The notes beneath the pieces are model-generated. The model did not search any database. It saw only the letters and a list, made by a program, of their open reading frames with translations, and was not told the origin of the DNA. The position numbers were made by a program, and so were the translations under genes. From NCBI GenBank assembly GCA_002269645.1, contig NIVC01002092.1:1-64000 (forward strand): a DNA stretch of 64,000 nucleotides, given 5' to 3'. Origin of the DNA: Macrostomum lignano (Eukaryota). Below are positions 24,879-37,520 of the stretch, piece after piece (within the stretch, counting starts at the first letter, position 1; each line of letters opens with the position of its first letter).

Positions 24879-27800
24879 TCAGCTCATGTCCATGGACTCC
24901 ACGGGAGCGAATGCCGAATCCATTGTGTCGCCGTCGCCGGCTTCGCAGCAGCCGAACTTGTCGCAGTCAACAATAAGAGCTTTGAGCACGTCGGACAGGG
25001 ACAACAGGCCGGCGACACGGTTATCCGAGTCCGTGACAACCAGACGGTGCACCTCCGCTGTCACCAGCTTCTCGATGACGCTCTTCAGCGAGTCCTCGCC
25101 GCGGCAGCTGCTGACGCCTTCGAATCGGTCGCGTCGATACTGCAGGGCCTCCTTGACGGAGATGTCCAGATTGTTGTAAGTCTTTGTGGCGGCCAGGTTC
25201 TGCAATGCCGCAACGCAGGGTTTATTGCTTTTAATATTGGCAGTAGAGACTGACAGACTGGCACAGAAAGAAAACGGGTAAGACTATTTGTTTAAGATTA
25301 TCACCTCAAAATTTTACTAGACACAAATTTATATATTGATTGATTTTTCCCATTAGGGCGTTACTAACGAAGGGCGAGTGGGCCTACAATTATGAATTTC
25401 TTAAAATTAAGTTTTTTACGTCAATTTCGCTATTCTGTTCTGAATGCATCTTAATATTGGAATTTTACCTCGAATATTTGATCATTCTGCTTGCGGGTTG
25501 GACTGAAGGAGGCAGAGACAAGTTGGACTGAAGGAGGGACAGACAAGTTGGACTGAAAGAGGGACAGACAAGTTGGACTGAAGGAGGGACAGACAAGTTG
25601 GACTGAAGGACAGACAAGTTGGACTGAAAGAGAGACAGACAAGTTGGAATGAAGGACAGACAAGTTGGACTGAAGGACAGACAAGTTGGACTGAAAGAGG
25701 GACAGACAAGTTGGACTAAAGAACAGACAAGTTGGAATGAAGGACAGACAAGTTGGACTGAAGGACGGACAAGTTGGACTGAAGGAGGGACAGACAAGAT
25801 GGAAAGGAGGGACAGACAAGTTGGACTGAAGGACAGACAAGTTGGACTGAAGGACAGACAAGATGGACTGAAGTAGGGACAGACAAGATGGACTGAAGGA
25901 GGGACAGACAAGTTGGACTGGGGCCACTCACAATGACATCAAACTTGGAATAGATGTCCACCAGGCGGCCGTCTCCGTTAACAACTGGCAGAGCGCTGAC
26001 CCGATTCTGCACAAACAGGCTGAGCACCCTAACCAGAGGCGTGGTCTCGCCAATAGTGACAATATCCGAGTAGGTGCCAATGCCCAGCTGTTTAACAGGC
26101 CTAGCCAGCCAGGCGGGCATCGGGAGCTGGTGTATGTACAGGAATATGTACTTCAGAATGCGCTTGTGAGTCACAATGAACAGGGCATTGCCAGTGGCCG
26201 GGTCAATGACCGGCAGGCGGTGCACTCGAGCCTGCAGCAGCAGCCGGACAGCGTCGTGCAGAGACGCCTCTGGCGAGATCCAGATTAGCGGCTTGAGCCG
26301 GTTGCTCAGCTCGGCTCGCCAGGTGCTAATCCGATGGGTCTCCAGCTCTTCCATTGGCACCAGGGCGGATCGGTAATAGTTTTGCAGAATGTGAATGAAG
26401 TCGCTGATGGTCAGCATGCCGACAAATCTCTGCTGCTGGGCGTCCCAGAGCGGCGCGGCGCGCAGACCGTTATAGACTAGGGCGAAGAAGGCCTTACGCA
26501 CGTTCAGGCTGTTGTCGAATACAAGCAGCTTGTTGCTAGTTGGAATCAGGTCGTAGCACCTGCGGGGAGACGTTTCAGGATGCAGCTTGGCATTGGGGCT
26601 CCAGCGAATTCCCAACAACCAGGATGCCGCTTGGCATTGGGGCTCCAGCGAATTCCAAACAACCAGGATGCCGCTTGGCATTGGGGCTCCAGCGAATTCC
26701 AAACAACCAGGATGCCGCTTGGCATTGGGGCTCCAGCGAATTCCAAACAACCAGGATGCCGCTTGGCATTGGGGCTCCAGCGAATTCCCAACAACCAGGA
26801 TGCCGCTTGGCATTGGGGCTCCAGCGAATTCCAAACAACCAGGATGCCGCTTGGCATTGGGGCTCCAGCGAATTCCAAACAACCAGGATGCCGCTTGGCA
26901 TTGGGGCTCCAGCGAATTCCAAACAACCAGGATGCCGCTTGGCATTGGGGCTCCAGCGAATTCCAACAACCAGGATGCCGCTTGGCATTGGGGCTCCAGC
27001 GAATTCCAAACAACCAGGATGCCGCTTGGCATTGGGGCTCCAGCGAATTCCAAACAACCAGGATGCCGCTTGGCATTGGGGCTCCAGCGAATTCCAAACA
27101 ACCAGGATGCCGCTTGGCATTGGGGCTCCAGCGAATTCCAAACAACCAGGATGCCGCTTGGCATTGGGGCTCCAGCGAATTCCCAACAACCAGGATGCCG
27201 CTTGGCATTGGGGCTCCAGCGAATTCCCAACAACCAGGATGCCGCTTGGCATTGGGGCTCCAGCGAATTCCAAACAACCAGGATGCCGCTTGGCATTGGG
27301 GCTCCAGCGAATTCCAAACAACCAGGATGCCGCTTGGCATTGGGGCTCCAGCGAATTCCCAACAACCAGGATGCCGCTTGGCATTGGGGCTCCAGCGAAT
27401 TCCCAACAACCAGGATGCCGCTTGGCATTGGGGCTCCAGCGAATTCCAAACAACCAGGATGCCGCTTGGCATTGGGGCTCCAGCGAATTCCAAACAACCA
27501 GGATGCCGCTTGGCATTGGGGCTCCAGCGAATTCCCAACAACCAGGATGCCGCTTGGCATTGGGGCTCCAGCGAATTCCAAACAACCAGGATGCCGCTTG
27601 GCATTGGGGCTCCAGCGAATTCCAAACAACCAGGATGCCGCTTGGCATTGGGGCTCCAGCGAATTCCAAACAACCAGGATGCCGCTTGGCATTGGGGCTC
27701 CAGCGAATTCCAAACAACCAGGATGCCGCTTGGCATTGGGGCTCCAGCGAATTCCAAACAACCAGGATGCCGCTTGGCATTGGCTCCAGCGAATTCCAAA

Positions 27801-28616
27801 CAACCAGGATGCCGCTTGGCATTGGGGCTCCAGCGAATTCCAAACAACCAGGATGCCGCTTGGCATTGGGGCTCCAGCGAATTCCCAACAACCAGGATGC
27901 CGCTTGGCATTGGGGCTCCAGCGAATTCCAAACAACCAGGATGCCGCTTGGCATTGGGGCTCCAGCGAATTCCCAACAACCAGGATGCCGCTTGGCATTG
28001 GGGCTCCAGCGAATTCCAAACAACCAGGATGCCGCTTGGCATTGGGGCTCCAGCGAATTCCAAACAACCAGGATGCGCTTGGCATTGGGCTTCAAGCCAA
28101 ATTTAAGCCCGAATCTAATTTTCAGACTTAAAAAATAAAAAAATTCGGAGTACAAATGGCGTAAATTCTGCTGCCGGGGATAGGGATCAGTAATGAATTA
28201 CATGTAAGAATAACAGAACCGTAGACCTAATTCTACCGAAAGCAAGCACCCCAGGTTATCTTATGGTACAGAATCTATTCCAGATTCCAGAATGTGGATT
28301 AAACGTACCGGTGCTTCTGCACAAAGATGGCAAATACGCGGCTCGGATCGCCTAACGACTCGGTGCGCACCTCCTCCATGTCAACGGAGCTGCAGTCGTT
28401 CTGACAGCGCGACCGAAATATAATGTACTTTTCATTCTCCGTCACTTGAACCTCGGCGCCAGACTGCGAGCGCTGGCGGGCGGGCAAGCCGGAGGAGGCG
28501 AAGGCGACACTAGAGGCGGCTGGCCCTGAGACATTCGGCTGTTGGCACCGCTGCTGATGCTGTGCTGTTGTGACCAGTGGCTCCGAGACTCTGCCAATGC
28601 GGCTGGCGACTGAATG
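24879..28616 (-). CDS. PRKAG: AMP-activated protein kinase gamma subunit (four CBS domains), exons 28616-28309, 26559-25932, 25199-24879
   Basis: Joined translation ...DPSRVFAIFVQKHR|CYDLIPTSNKLLVFDNSLNVRKAFFALVYNGLRAAPLWD...VHRLPVIDPATGNALFIVTHKRILKY...IYSKFDVI|NLAATKTYNNLDISVKEAL...VHRLVVTD...GLLSLSDVLKAL is the hallmark AMPK gamma sequence. Splice sites CG|gtacgt / ccccgcag|G (phase 2) and ATT|gtgagt / cattgcag|AAC (phase 0) keep the frame. Confidence 0.95.
25490..25922. repeat. 21/25-bp minisatellite (GGACTGAA[GGAG]GGACAGACAAGTT) filling the last AMPK gamma intron
   Basis: Direct reading. Confidence 0.9.
26575..28090. repeat. 44-bp minisatellite (GGATGCCGCTTGGCATTGGGGCTCCAGCGAATTCC[A/C]AACAACCA), about 34 units, filling an AMPK gamma intron
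   Basis: Direct reading; the unit has no stop codon in any frame, producing six artefactual ORFs of more than 500 aa. Confidence 0.95.
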
Positions 28617-28693
28617 CTGCACTGGCCTGCGTGTGCGAGCGTAATTATCAGAATCATTTTAACTGACCGGAACCGGAAGGAGAGGAGCAGGAC

Positions 28694-28787
28694 TAGTGAT
28701 GGACCGAATGTGGATTTTTGCAAGTTTCCGAAATCGAATCCGAATGTACAAAAAAATTCCGAATCCGAATATTCGGATCCATCACTA
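28694..28787. mobile_element. 94-bp hAT-type MITE
   Basis: TIR TAGTGATGGACCGAAT vs TAGTGATGGATCCGAAT; perfect 8-bp TSD AGCAGGAC (28686-28693 and 28788-28795); internal CCGAAT repeats. Confidence 0.9.
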
Positions 28788-28804
28788 AGCAGGACCGAAT
28801 AAAT

Positions 28805-29480
28805 AATGAATGCAGCGGCCAAATGAAGAACCGGAAGGAGGGGTGCAGCGGCCAAATGAAGAACCGGAAGGAGGGGTGCAGCGGCCAAATGAAGAACCGG
28901 AAGGAGGGGTGCAGCGGCCAAATGAAGAACCGGAAGGAGGGGTGCAGCGGCCAAATGAAGAACCGGAAGGAGGGGTGCAGCGGCCAAATGAAGAACCGGA
29001 AGGAGGGGTGCAGCGGCCAAATGAAGAACCGGAAGGAGGGGTGCAGCGGCCAAATGAAGAACCGGAAGGAGGGGTGCAGCGGCCAAATGAAGAACCGGAA
29101 GGAGGGGTGCAGCGGCCAAATGAAGAACCGGAAGGAGGGGTGCAGCGGCCAAATGAAGAACCGGAAGGAGGGGTGCAGCTGCCAAATGAAGAACCGGAAG
29201 GAGGGGTGCAGCGGCCAAATGAAGAACCGGAAGGAGGGGTGCAGCGGCCAAATGAAGAACCGGAAGGAGGGGTGCAGCGGCCAAATGAAGAACCGGAAGG
29301 AGGGGTGCAGTCGGCCAAATGAAGAACCGGAAGGAGGGGTGCAGCTGCCAAATGAAGAACCGGAAGGAGGGGTGCAGCGGCCAAATGAAGAACCGGAAGG
29401 AGGGGTGCAGTCGGCCAAATGAAGAACCGGAAGGAGGGGTGCAGCTGCCAAATGAAGAACCGGAAGGAGGGGTGCAGCGC
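28805..29480. repeat. 33-bp minisatellite (GAAGAACCGGAAGGAGGGGTGCAGCGGCCAAAT), about 20 units
   Basis: Direct reading; explains RPNEEPEGGVQ / LLPVLHLAAAP ORFs. Confidence 0.95.
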
Positions 29481-32329
29481 CTCCGTGATTATGCTACGCG
29501 TGAGTGAATACAGGAAAAGACAAAAAAATTATTTCGGGCTCGTCTCTTGGATGTCTTCTATTAATTGAATAATTAGGTACAATTTTTTACTTTTTAAAAA
29601 ATGTTTATATAATTTCTAGAAGTGATTCTTCTCCTGATGTTTTACAGATATCAGCTGCTTCAAGTCTGCCTTTTCTGCTGAGAAAAGACAAGAAGAAAAT
29701 TAATCAGCGAAATGGAACTGCTATTAGTATAGCCCCAAAAATATCTCCTTCGGATAAACAAGTCTGAAGAATCTCTATAAGAATCGCTACTCCCGCTGAA
29801 ATAGCTTAAGCTAATTAGAAAGTAGAAGCCGGATTCACCGCACTGCATGGCACTTTGAAGAGAGCTGCGACTTGAATTAGACTGATAGAAAAAGCAAGGA
29901 TTTAAAATGATAATGCAAATCCTCTCCGTGAAACGCGAGGTTCGACGCAACCTCGAACACGGATTGGCAAATGGCGCAGCAAGCCTTGAATAATATTCAT
30001 TATATAATATAATAGTTTTACCTCTTGAAACTCTGATCCAATCCAAAGCAAACGAACTTAAACTTGAAAGTTAAAACACGTGAAGTGTGTATAATCTTCT
30101 ATCACAACACAAGCAACTTCGTTCGAAGGGTAAATATTTTAAATAATATGAATGAAGTTTTCAGCTGAAACCGACTATTACCAGATTAGATAACACAGAT
30201 AAAACAGGCTCGAAAACACTAGGCAAGGCAGAAAGCACTAGCTCGGCGTTGGGTAGATTTTTATCGGATTTGGATCAGCTCAGCTCTGTTCTGATTCTGC
30301 AGTGACCTTCCTCTCCAAAAGAAACCGCGACAGAATTTTTCTAGCGCTTGGTACGTGGAGAGAGTTGAAATAGCTGGCTGGAAGTGGGTGAGGGTTGAGT
30401 GTACACTCGGCACTGGGGTAAGAGTGTTTATGGCCGGCGCGATAGAATGTACATTGGATCACATGATCATCATAGCGTACGTTCTGTTGGGCTTGGGCTT
30501 AATTGGGGGTGTGTGTGAGCCTCCGCACTAGTGTGGAAAGAGCTATTCCTGGAGGTTTGGAATTGGGCAAGCTTGGCCCCACTGTGCTACAATCCCCTAC
30601 AAATTTTGTGCTTGCGTTTTCGTTTACTCCGTTGTCCGGTTAAAAGTACAAAAACAACCATTTTAAAGCAGCCGTACAAAAATAACTTAAGAGGTCGGTC
30701 GGAGCTTAATGAAACAAGTAACAAGAGTAAGATAATAACAGAACATCTTAGATAGTAGACTAAGAGATCTAATTAGTATATAGGGAAAGGCGGCGAAATG
30801 ACTCTCTTAGAGCTTGTTATCATGAGTAATTGAGTATGATACTCTACTCGTACGTTGAGTGATGGAGTCAAATCTAAATATACAAGATTTGTCTCGTAAA
30901 AAGAAATAATATAATGGTTTTATTTAAATATTCGACTATTGACTTCACTTCGTCAAAAATAATTATATTTATAATAATTAATAAATAAAATTTAAAACTA
31001 ATGTTTCTTAATTGCCCAACCAATTGCAAGGGAGGTTTTTTAAGTTCTAGATTTTTAAACCTGATTCCCGATTTAAAAAGTCCGCTACTGTCTAAAGTTG
31101 CCTACTGATATCCAGTAGTCAGAATTGTGCTTTAGGATCACATCTGCTTAAGCAAGCAGAATCGCCACTTTTTTCTCTTATTTATTAAGTGTATAATTTT
31201 TAAGTAGCAATCATCAGAATTCTACCTTCCAAATCAGGCGAATGGCTGAGATTTTCAAACAAATCTTTGTGCCGCTCTTGTATGAAGCCAGGCAAGGGTG
31301 AGTACGTTTCCTGGAATAGAGAGCAATAGTAAGACGGTTTTCCTATTCTTGCTTTTAGGATTGACACAAGCGGAAAGCAAAATGCCGCTTACCTGGTCCC
31401 GCTCATAAGTACCATTACCGTCCATGGAAATCGTCTGAGACTAAAAGCGGAAGAATGGATAAATTATTATTATAATTGGCCCTTTTAAAGATAGGTCTTA
31501 AGCTTTCAATTTGGGACAGACAATCAAAATAACAGGCATTCACTTGCCAACTATGAATAGATAATTCAGCCTCCGAAAGCAAGCGTGAATGAGATCTATC
31601 GATGGATGAAGAACTATTAGGCACAGAGCACAGTGCATGCGCATACTAATGTACTTTAGGAAGTACATACATAAAGCTACACCCACGCGGTTTCTCTCCC
31701 GCTGAGCTAGCCTACTCTACTCTGTGAGCTAGGTAAAGCAGCAAGCATTTCTTCAGATTATAATATACTTGTCAATTTCACAGTGACTAACAGTATAAAG
31801 GCTCTGCAGATAATGAGCAAAGTAAAAACTGTTTTTTACAAGGATGCGCTCAAATAACATAATCATTGATCGATCATTGATTGACAAGGGCGGTGAGACG
31901 CGGGAGATGGAGACTATATTTTAAGATAGGCATCTTCTTCACTCGTCTAAAAAGAAGAATAAGATGAGAAAGTGCTCGATAATTCACTGGGAGTGGCAAG
32001 GGGCATAACTGCGGGCACAGTAATTACGAGATGAAGGCTAAAATGGCACGAAGCTGGACGCTGCACATCAACTGGAGTGTTTGCCAGTAAAACATCGAAT
32101 CTCACAGGTTAGCAGGGGGGGGGGGGCTGAGAAGCTGGGAGGGAGCCTGAGTAGCGGGCCAGAGATTTGCAATACGCAAGTAGCAACTCAGCTCAACGCC
32201 GGCCAGTAAAGTAGTGTTTTATTATAAAAATGGAGGATAAACAGGGCGTGAAGATTGAGAGTGGGAGGGTGTGAGAGGTGAAGTGGAGATTGGAGAGAGG
32301 GAGACAGGGAGAGGAGAGAGAGCGAGGTA

Positions 32330-32870
32330 GCGGTGATAGGGAGAGATGGTCAGATGTTAAGAGGATGAGGGGTGAGACGATGGCGAGAGAGTGAGGTGAC
32401 CGGGAGATAGGGAGAGGGGTGATAGGGAGAGGGGTGATAGGGAGAGATGGTCAGATGTTAAGAGGATGAGGGGTGAGACGATGGCGAGAGAGTGAGGTGA
32501 CCGGGAGATAGGGAGAGGGGTGATAGGGAGAGGGGTGATAGGGAGAGATGGTCAGATGTTAAGAGGATGAGGGGTGAGACGATGGCGAGAGAGTGAGGTG
32601 ACCGGGAGATAGGGAGAGGGGTGATAGGGAGAGATGGTCAGATGTTAAGAGGATGAGGGGTGAGACGGTGGCGAGAGAGTGAGGTGACCGGGAGATAGGG
32701 AGAGGGGTGATAGGGAGAGATGGTCAGATGTTAAGAGGATGAGGGGTGAGACGGTGGCGAGAGAGTGAGGTGACCGGGAGATAGGGAGAGGGGTGATAGG
32801 GAGAGATGGTCAGATGTTAAGAGGATGAGGGGTGAGACGGTGGCGAGAGAGTGAGAAAGTGACAGGGAGA
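32330..32870. repeat. GA-rich 86/101-bp tandem repeat
   Basis: Unit GATAGGGAGAGATGGTCAGATGTTAAGAGGATGAGGGGTGAGACG(A/G)TGGCGAGAGAGTGAGGTGACCGGGAGATAGGGAGAGGGGT, about 6 copies, some with an extra 15-bp module. Confidence 0.9.
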
Positions 32871-34178
32871 TAGGAAGAGAGTGTGAGAGAGTGAACACTG
32901 AATAGATGACAAGGCAAACAGTGTGAACCGGAAGGCGGAAGGCATCGCAGCGAAGCCAGAGAGACAATGGCCGGCTTGGAAGACGGCGCTTTGTCACACA
33001 GCTATTGTACAGAAAAGGAAGGCAGACTTGTGAGCTAACTAGGAAGAAGGTATTTCTTCCAGCATAGTCAGAGACATGACCGGCCGAGGGAAAATGAATG
33101 CTAAGGTAGAAGAAAGAAGAGAAAATCGACGGGAAGGAGACGGGATTGAGAAATTCCCACAGAACTCAGTAGGCAGACAGACAGACGGCCAAACAGCCAT
33201 GCGTTGAGCAAAAAGCCCCAAGGAGAGAGAGAGAGAGAGAGCTTAGCTGAGTGCAAATAGGGTTATAAAAGATGCATAGCCTCATCAGGCCTCAGGCTTG
33301 CTCAAGTACAGCAGCTTTAGCATAGGTCCACGCGACAGACTAAACACTAGACAATGAAGGAGACGGAATCGATTTCACAAGTGGCACAGACTATAGACAG
33401 GTAGATAAACAGAAACTTCACGGCGCTTTAGCCTGACAATGGAGCTTCAATACAGCATTTTCTTTAACTAAATATTGAATTATCCGAATTATTAATTCAA
33501 ACAAACACATTGATTCTTGACAAACAAGGGCTGTGTTAAAAACTAATGAAATTGTTTGTTTAATTACAGGGCAGTATAAAGTTTGACAAAATAATAAAAA
33601 ATCGTGAAGGCGAAACAAATTTCTATCAAACAAACTCGATGGCGAAATAGAAGGTGAAAACCAATAAAAAATAAGAATTCTTTAATTTCATTGAAATCTG
33701 ACCAACTGTAAAGAAAGCTGAGCCCCATAGCCAAGCATAGAGTGACAGCCGAAACTGTCAGCAGCGCAGGCACGATTCGCAACTGCTCGACCAGAAACGA
33801 GAGCTCCACAGCCAGCAGTGGGGCATGAGCAAACAAAGGAGTCGCAATTGTTTGAACAGTTTGAGGCAGGAATGGAGAGCTAGTATAGCCCTACAGGCAT
33901 GCCACTGCGGGAAAAATTTAGTTTAATAGTTCCCACTTGAATACGCTAGACTGAATTCTCGCCAGACTGAGTCTCTAAAAGTACAGGTGTAATATTAGAA
34001 GTACAAGTACAATGAGTACTCTATGAAAATTTTTATTGCTTGAACTATAGGAATCTAAGGCAATTATTTAGTATTTAAAATCAAAATGTGAGCAGTCATG
34101 TATTATGTACCACGGCAAATGATATGCGAGCAGCTAGGGATATTTTCTAGCAAGGTGTCCCAGACTGTTGAATTAGAT

Positions 34179-35083
34179 CAGGGGTCGGCAGACTCCGGCC
34201 CGCGGGCTACATGCGGCCCGCAGAGCATCTCCATCCGGCCCTCGGGTCCGTTGAAACTTCACAATCGCAATCCGGCCCGCTCAATGTTTATATCTCTTCT
34301 CAGCGCTCTTCTCTCTAATCTCCTATCTACTCTCTTCCTCTATTTTCCTATCTCTTCTCTTCTCTCCTCTCTCCTCTCTTCTTTCTCATCTCCTTTCGTC
34401 TCTTCTCTCTCCTCTCTCTTTCTCATCATCCCCTATCCTTCTCTCCTCTCCTCTCTCTTCTATCCTTCTCTCCTCTTTCCACATCTCCTATCCTCCTCTC
34501 CTCCCTCCTCATCTCTCTTCTCTCCTCTCTTCTCTCCTCTCGTCTCTTCTCTCTCTCATCTCCTCTCTCCTATCTCCTCATCTCCTATCCTCCTCTCCTC
34601 TCTCCTCATCTCTCTCCTATCTTCTCTTCACTCCTTTTCTCTCTTCTCTTCTCTCCTCTCGTCTCCTTTCCTCTCTCCCCTCTCATCTCCTCCTCTCCTC
34701 TCTCCTTATCTTCTCTCTTCTCTCTTCCTCTCTTTCTCTCTTCTCTTCTCTTGCCTCTTCTCTCTCCTCTCCTCTCCTCTCTTCTCTCCTCTCTTCTCTC
34801 TCCTCTCCTCTCTCCTCTTCTTTATAATCTCCTCTCTCCTCTCCTCTTGTCTCGCCTCATCTCCTCTCTCCTTATCTCCTCTCTCCTCTCTTCTCCTTTT
34901 CTCTCCCCCTCTCCTATCCTCTCTCCTCTTCTATCCACTCCTTTCTTCTACTCTCTCGCCTTTCCTTTCTCTTACCCCTCTTCTCTCTTCTTTATTCCCT
35001 CTCCTATCTCCCCTCCTCCGGCCCGCAGTCATTCTCTAGGTTCTCTATTTGGCCCTTGAGGTAAAAAAGTTTTCCGACCCCTG
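34179..35083. mobile_element. 905-bp hAT/Charlie-like non-autonomous element with CT-rich interior
   Basis: TIR CAGGGGTCGGCAGACT vs CAGGGGTCGGAAAACT (14/16); Charlie-type subterminal CGGCCCGCGGGCTACATGCGGCCC; TSD AATTAGAT/AATTAGAC (7/8); CT low complexity about 34300-35015. Confidence 0.85.
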
Positions 35084-35299
35084 AATTAGACGGTCACTTT
35101 AGCTAAAAAAACGCATTAGCAGGATGGATTTATTTTGTTTTTTGCGACTTGTAGCATCAAATAAATTATAGTCGGTCCTGTTTTACGTGTTTTAGTATAC
35201 AAATATTGATATATTTGTGGCCCTCTGCAGCAGTTAGCATAGCATTAAGTGAGGATTTACCCCACAGAGAGTCTCGGCCTGACTACAACAAACATGAGA

Positions 35300-35475
35300 A
35301 TGTCTATGGCCAAAAGATCTGAGGTCTGTGGCCAAAACATCTGAGGTTTATGGCCTAAAGATCTGAAAAGGTCTATGGCCAAAAGATCTGAGGTCTGTGG
35401 CCAAAACATCTGAGGTTTATGGCCTAAAGATCTGAAAAGGTCTATGGCCAAAAGATCTGAGAATGTCTATGGCCA
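35300..35475. repeat. Short 69-bp tandem duplication built of 22-25-bp subunits (AGATCTGAGGTCT..GGCC)
   Basis: Direct reading, about 2.5 copies. Confidence 0.8.
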
Positions 35476-35529
35476 ACAGACCGTTGATTCAGTGCAAAGC
35501 CAGCAGGCAGACACAAAATGCGTTTCACG

Positions 35530-35861
35530 CATGGATGAATAATATAACTGGATTGCCAAAAGTTCGTTTTTTGTGGTACTAGCCATAGACAGGCATCAGC
35601 ATCACAAGAAGCTCATGAGCCATGAATTTATTGTCTTCACTTGACTCTCATTTGTCTTGCGCGGTTTGCTTGCAACTCATTTGGCTGTTTGTTTTCGCCT
35701 TTTATTGTTTGTTTGTTTGTCAAGGTTTGCAGCTTCTGCAACTGCTATTTGTCTATGTGTGAAATTATGGCGTTCTGAGCTTCTTGTGATGCTGGTGCCT
35801 GTCTATGGCTAGGACCAAACAAATCGAGCTTTTGGCGATCCAGTTACATTATTCATCCATG
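35530..35861. mobile_element. 332-bp P-element-like MITE with ~85-bp TIRs
   Basis: TIR begins CATGGATGAATAAT(A/G)TAACTGGAT and runs about 85 bp at roughly 90% identity; perfect 8-bp TSD GTTTCACG (35522-35529 and 35862-35869); termini resemble the Drosophila P TIR CATGATGAAATAACATAA. Confidence 0.9.
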
Positions 35862-37259
35862 GTTTCACGCCTGCGGAGACTGTCTGTGGTAAACCCTTAC
35901 TTGACAGCTTAGATAGCCAAATAATGGCCCTCGTTTTGTGAAAAATTAGCCAGAATGTTTTTTGATATCCGAATCAAGCATACAGCAAAACCTCGCCGAC
36001 TGAAGCTGCGGCGAAGCCTGCGTGTGATGTGTGTAAGATAGATACTACATAACGCAATACTGCTTTTAAATAAGAGTTATTTTAGCTTATTTTTAGCTTA
36101 TTTTTGCCAGCTGTTTTATATCTGTGGCGGCCATGGAGTAGTCGACCACAAATGAGCTTCACTTCTTTTGCTGGCGTTGACGCGAGATTGGCATTCTAGT
36201 TATACTGAATATATTCCGAGTCACGCTTACCCACTCCCAGCAGTTAATTGATTCACATTTCTTTCTACTTTCTTAGGTATTCCCTCAGGAGCGAACTTAA
36301 ATGAAGGCTATTTGTATTTTTGTGGATTCGGCTGAGCAGCTGTCTTCCATTTATTTCTTTAATCCAAGGTTTGAGCCCTATGCAGCATATGTTAATAATA
36401 GCAACTGTTATAGCAGTTTGGTAAAAATCGGCCTTCAATCTAGTAGTCCTTGATTTCTAGCAGACATTCCCAATACATGCATGCGAATCGAAATCGATGA
36501 ATGCTTAAGCCTTCATGGGACTTTCTCTTCTTTAATTCGCAAGCGTGCACGCATACAGCAATTCAGCAGCAAAGGCCACACCACAATTTTCTGCGCTGGA
36601 ATCGCTAATCAAATCAATAACTCCGGGGAGTCCATGGCTCCGCAGGATTTGAGGGATTTGATTTGATTCCCATTTAAAAACACACACAGAGAGAGAGAGA
36701 GAGCATGGATCGCAGGGACCCAGCTGGAAGGCGTGTCGTTTCTCTACTCTGTGTGGGCAAAATCAATGTCAAAATAAATACGCCCCAGATGCCAGAGCCC
36801 GTCAGGGGATCAGGATGAAAGTTTTTTTACGACCCCGGAGCTTCGCTGTCGTCCGAGCGGAAGAGACGGGCAAGCGGAGATGGGGAACATCGAAGTATCC
36901 GCTCCTTCCCTCTCTTACGGTGTTTCCGCCTTCCTCTCTCATCTTCTTCATCCCGAAGTTTTCAGTTTGCTTGTTTTTTTGCGCAGAACCAGCCGCAGCA
37001 GCGCCTTTTTCCCAGGAGACATAACTGGCACTGCACAGCCTGCACTGCACTCAGCGCTCAGTTCGCTCGATCTATTTTCATTTTTGTTGATAAAGCTCTC
37101 ATGCTTAGCATCGCTTCACCCCATGCACGCAACACAGCTCCTTAGTCTGTGCAACTCTGTGAAACTGAGGGGTAATCGTGATTTGACGTTTAAACTGCTG
37201 ACGTCAACTCGTGACCTTGAAACTGAGGCCAAGTTGAAACCTTGAAAATGAGGTCAAGA

Positions 37260-37520
37260 TGTAGCGTTGAAATCTGGAACTACGGTCAGCTCACGAGGTG
37301 ACCTTGGAAACGAGGTCAAGTCACGAGGTGACCTTGGAAACGAGGTCAGCTCACGAGGTGACCTTGAAACTGAGGTCAAGTCACGGGGTGATCTTGGAAG
37401 TGAGGCTAAGTCACAAGGTGACCTTGAAAGTGAGGTCAGCTCACGAGGTGACCTTGATCTTGGAAGTGAGGCCAAGTCACGAGGTGCCTTAGAAAGTGAG
37501 GCCAAGTTACAAAAGGTCTT
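37260..37520. repeat. Diverged 30-bp tandem repeat (GAGGTCAAGTCACGAGGTGACCTTGGAAAC) inside AMPK gamma intron
   Basis: About 8 units; plus frame reads EVKSRGDLGN, minus frame RSPRDLTSFP. Confidence 0.8.

Noticed and set aside
25716-28155. Six ORFs of 505-789 aa
   Set aside because: They come from a stop-free 44-bp array; only 26559-25932 is real exon, bounded by canonical splice sites.
15281-29480. Regular direct repeats of 28-69 bp as CRISPR arrays
   Set aside because: Units are head-to-tail with no unique spacers, no cas genes, and the context is eukaryotic.
29649-29770. Plus-strand acceptor followed by ISAASSLPFLLRKDKKKINQRNG...KQV*
   Set aside because: Lies antisense in an AMPK intron with no upstream plus-strand exons found.
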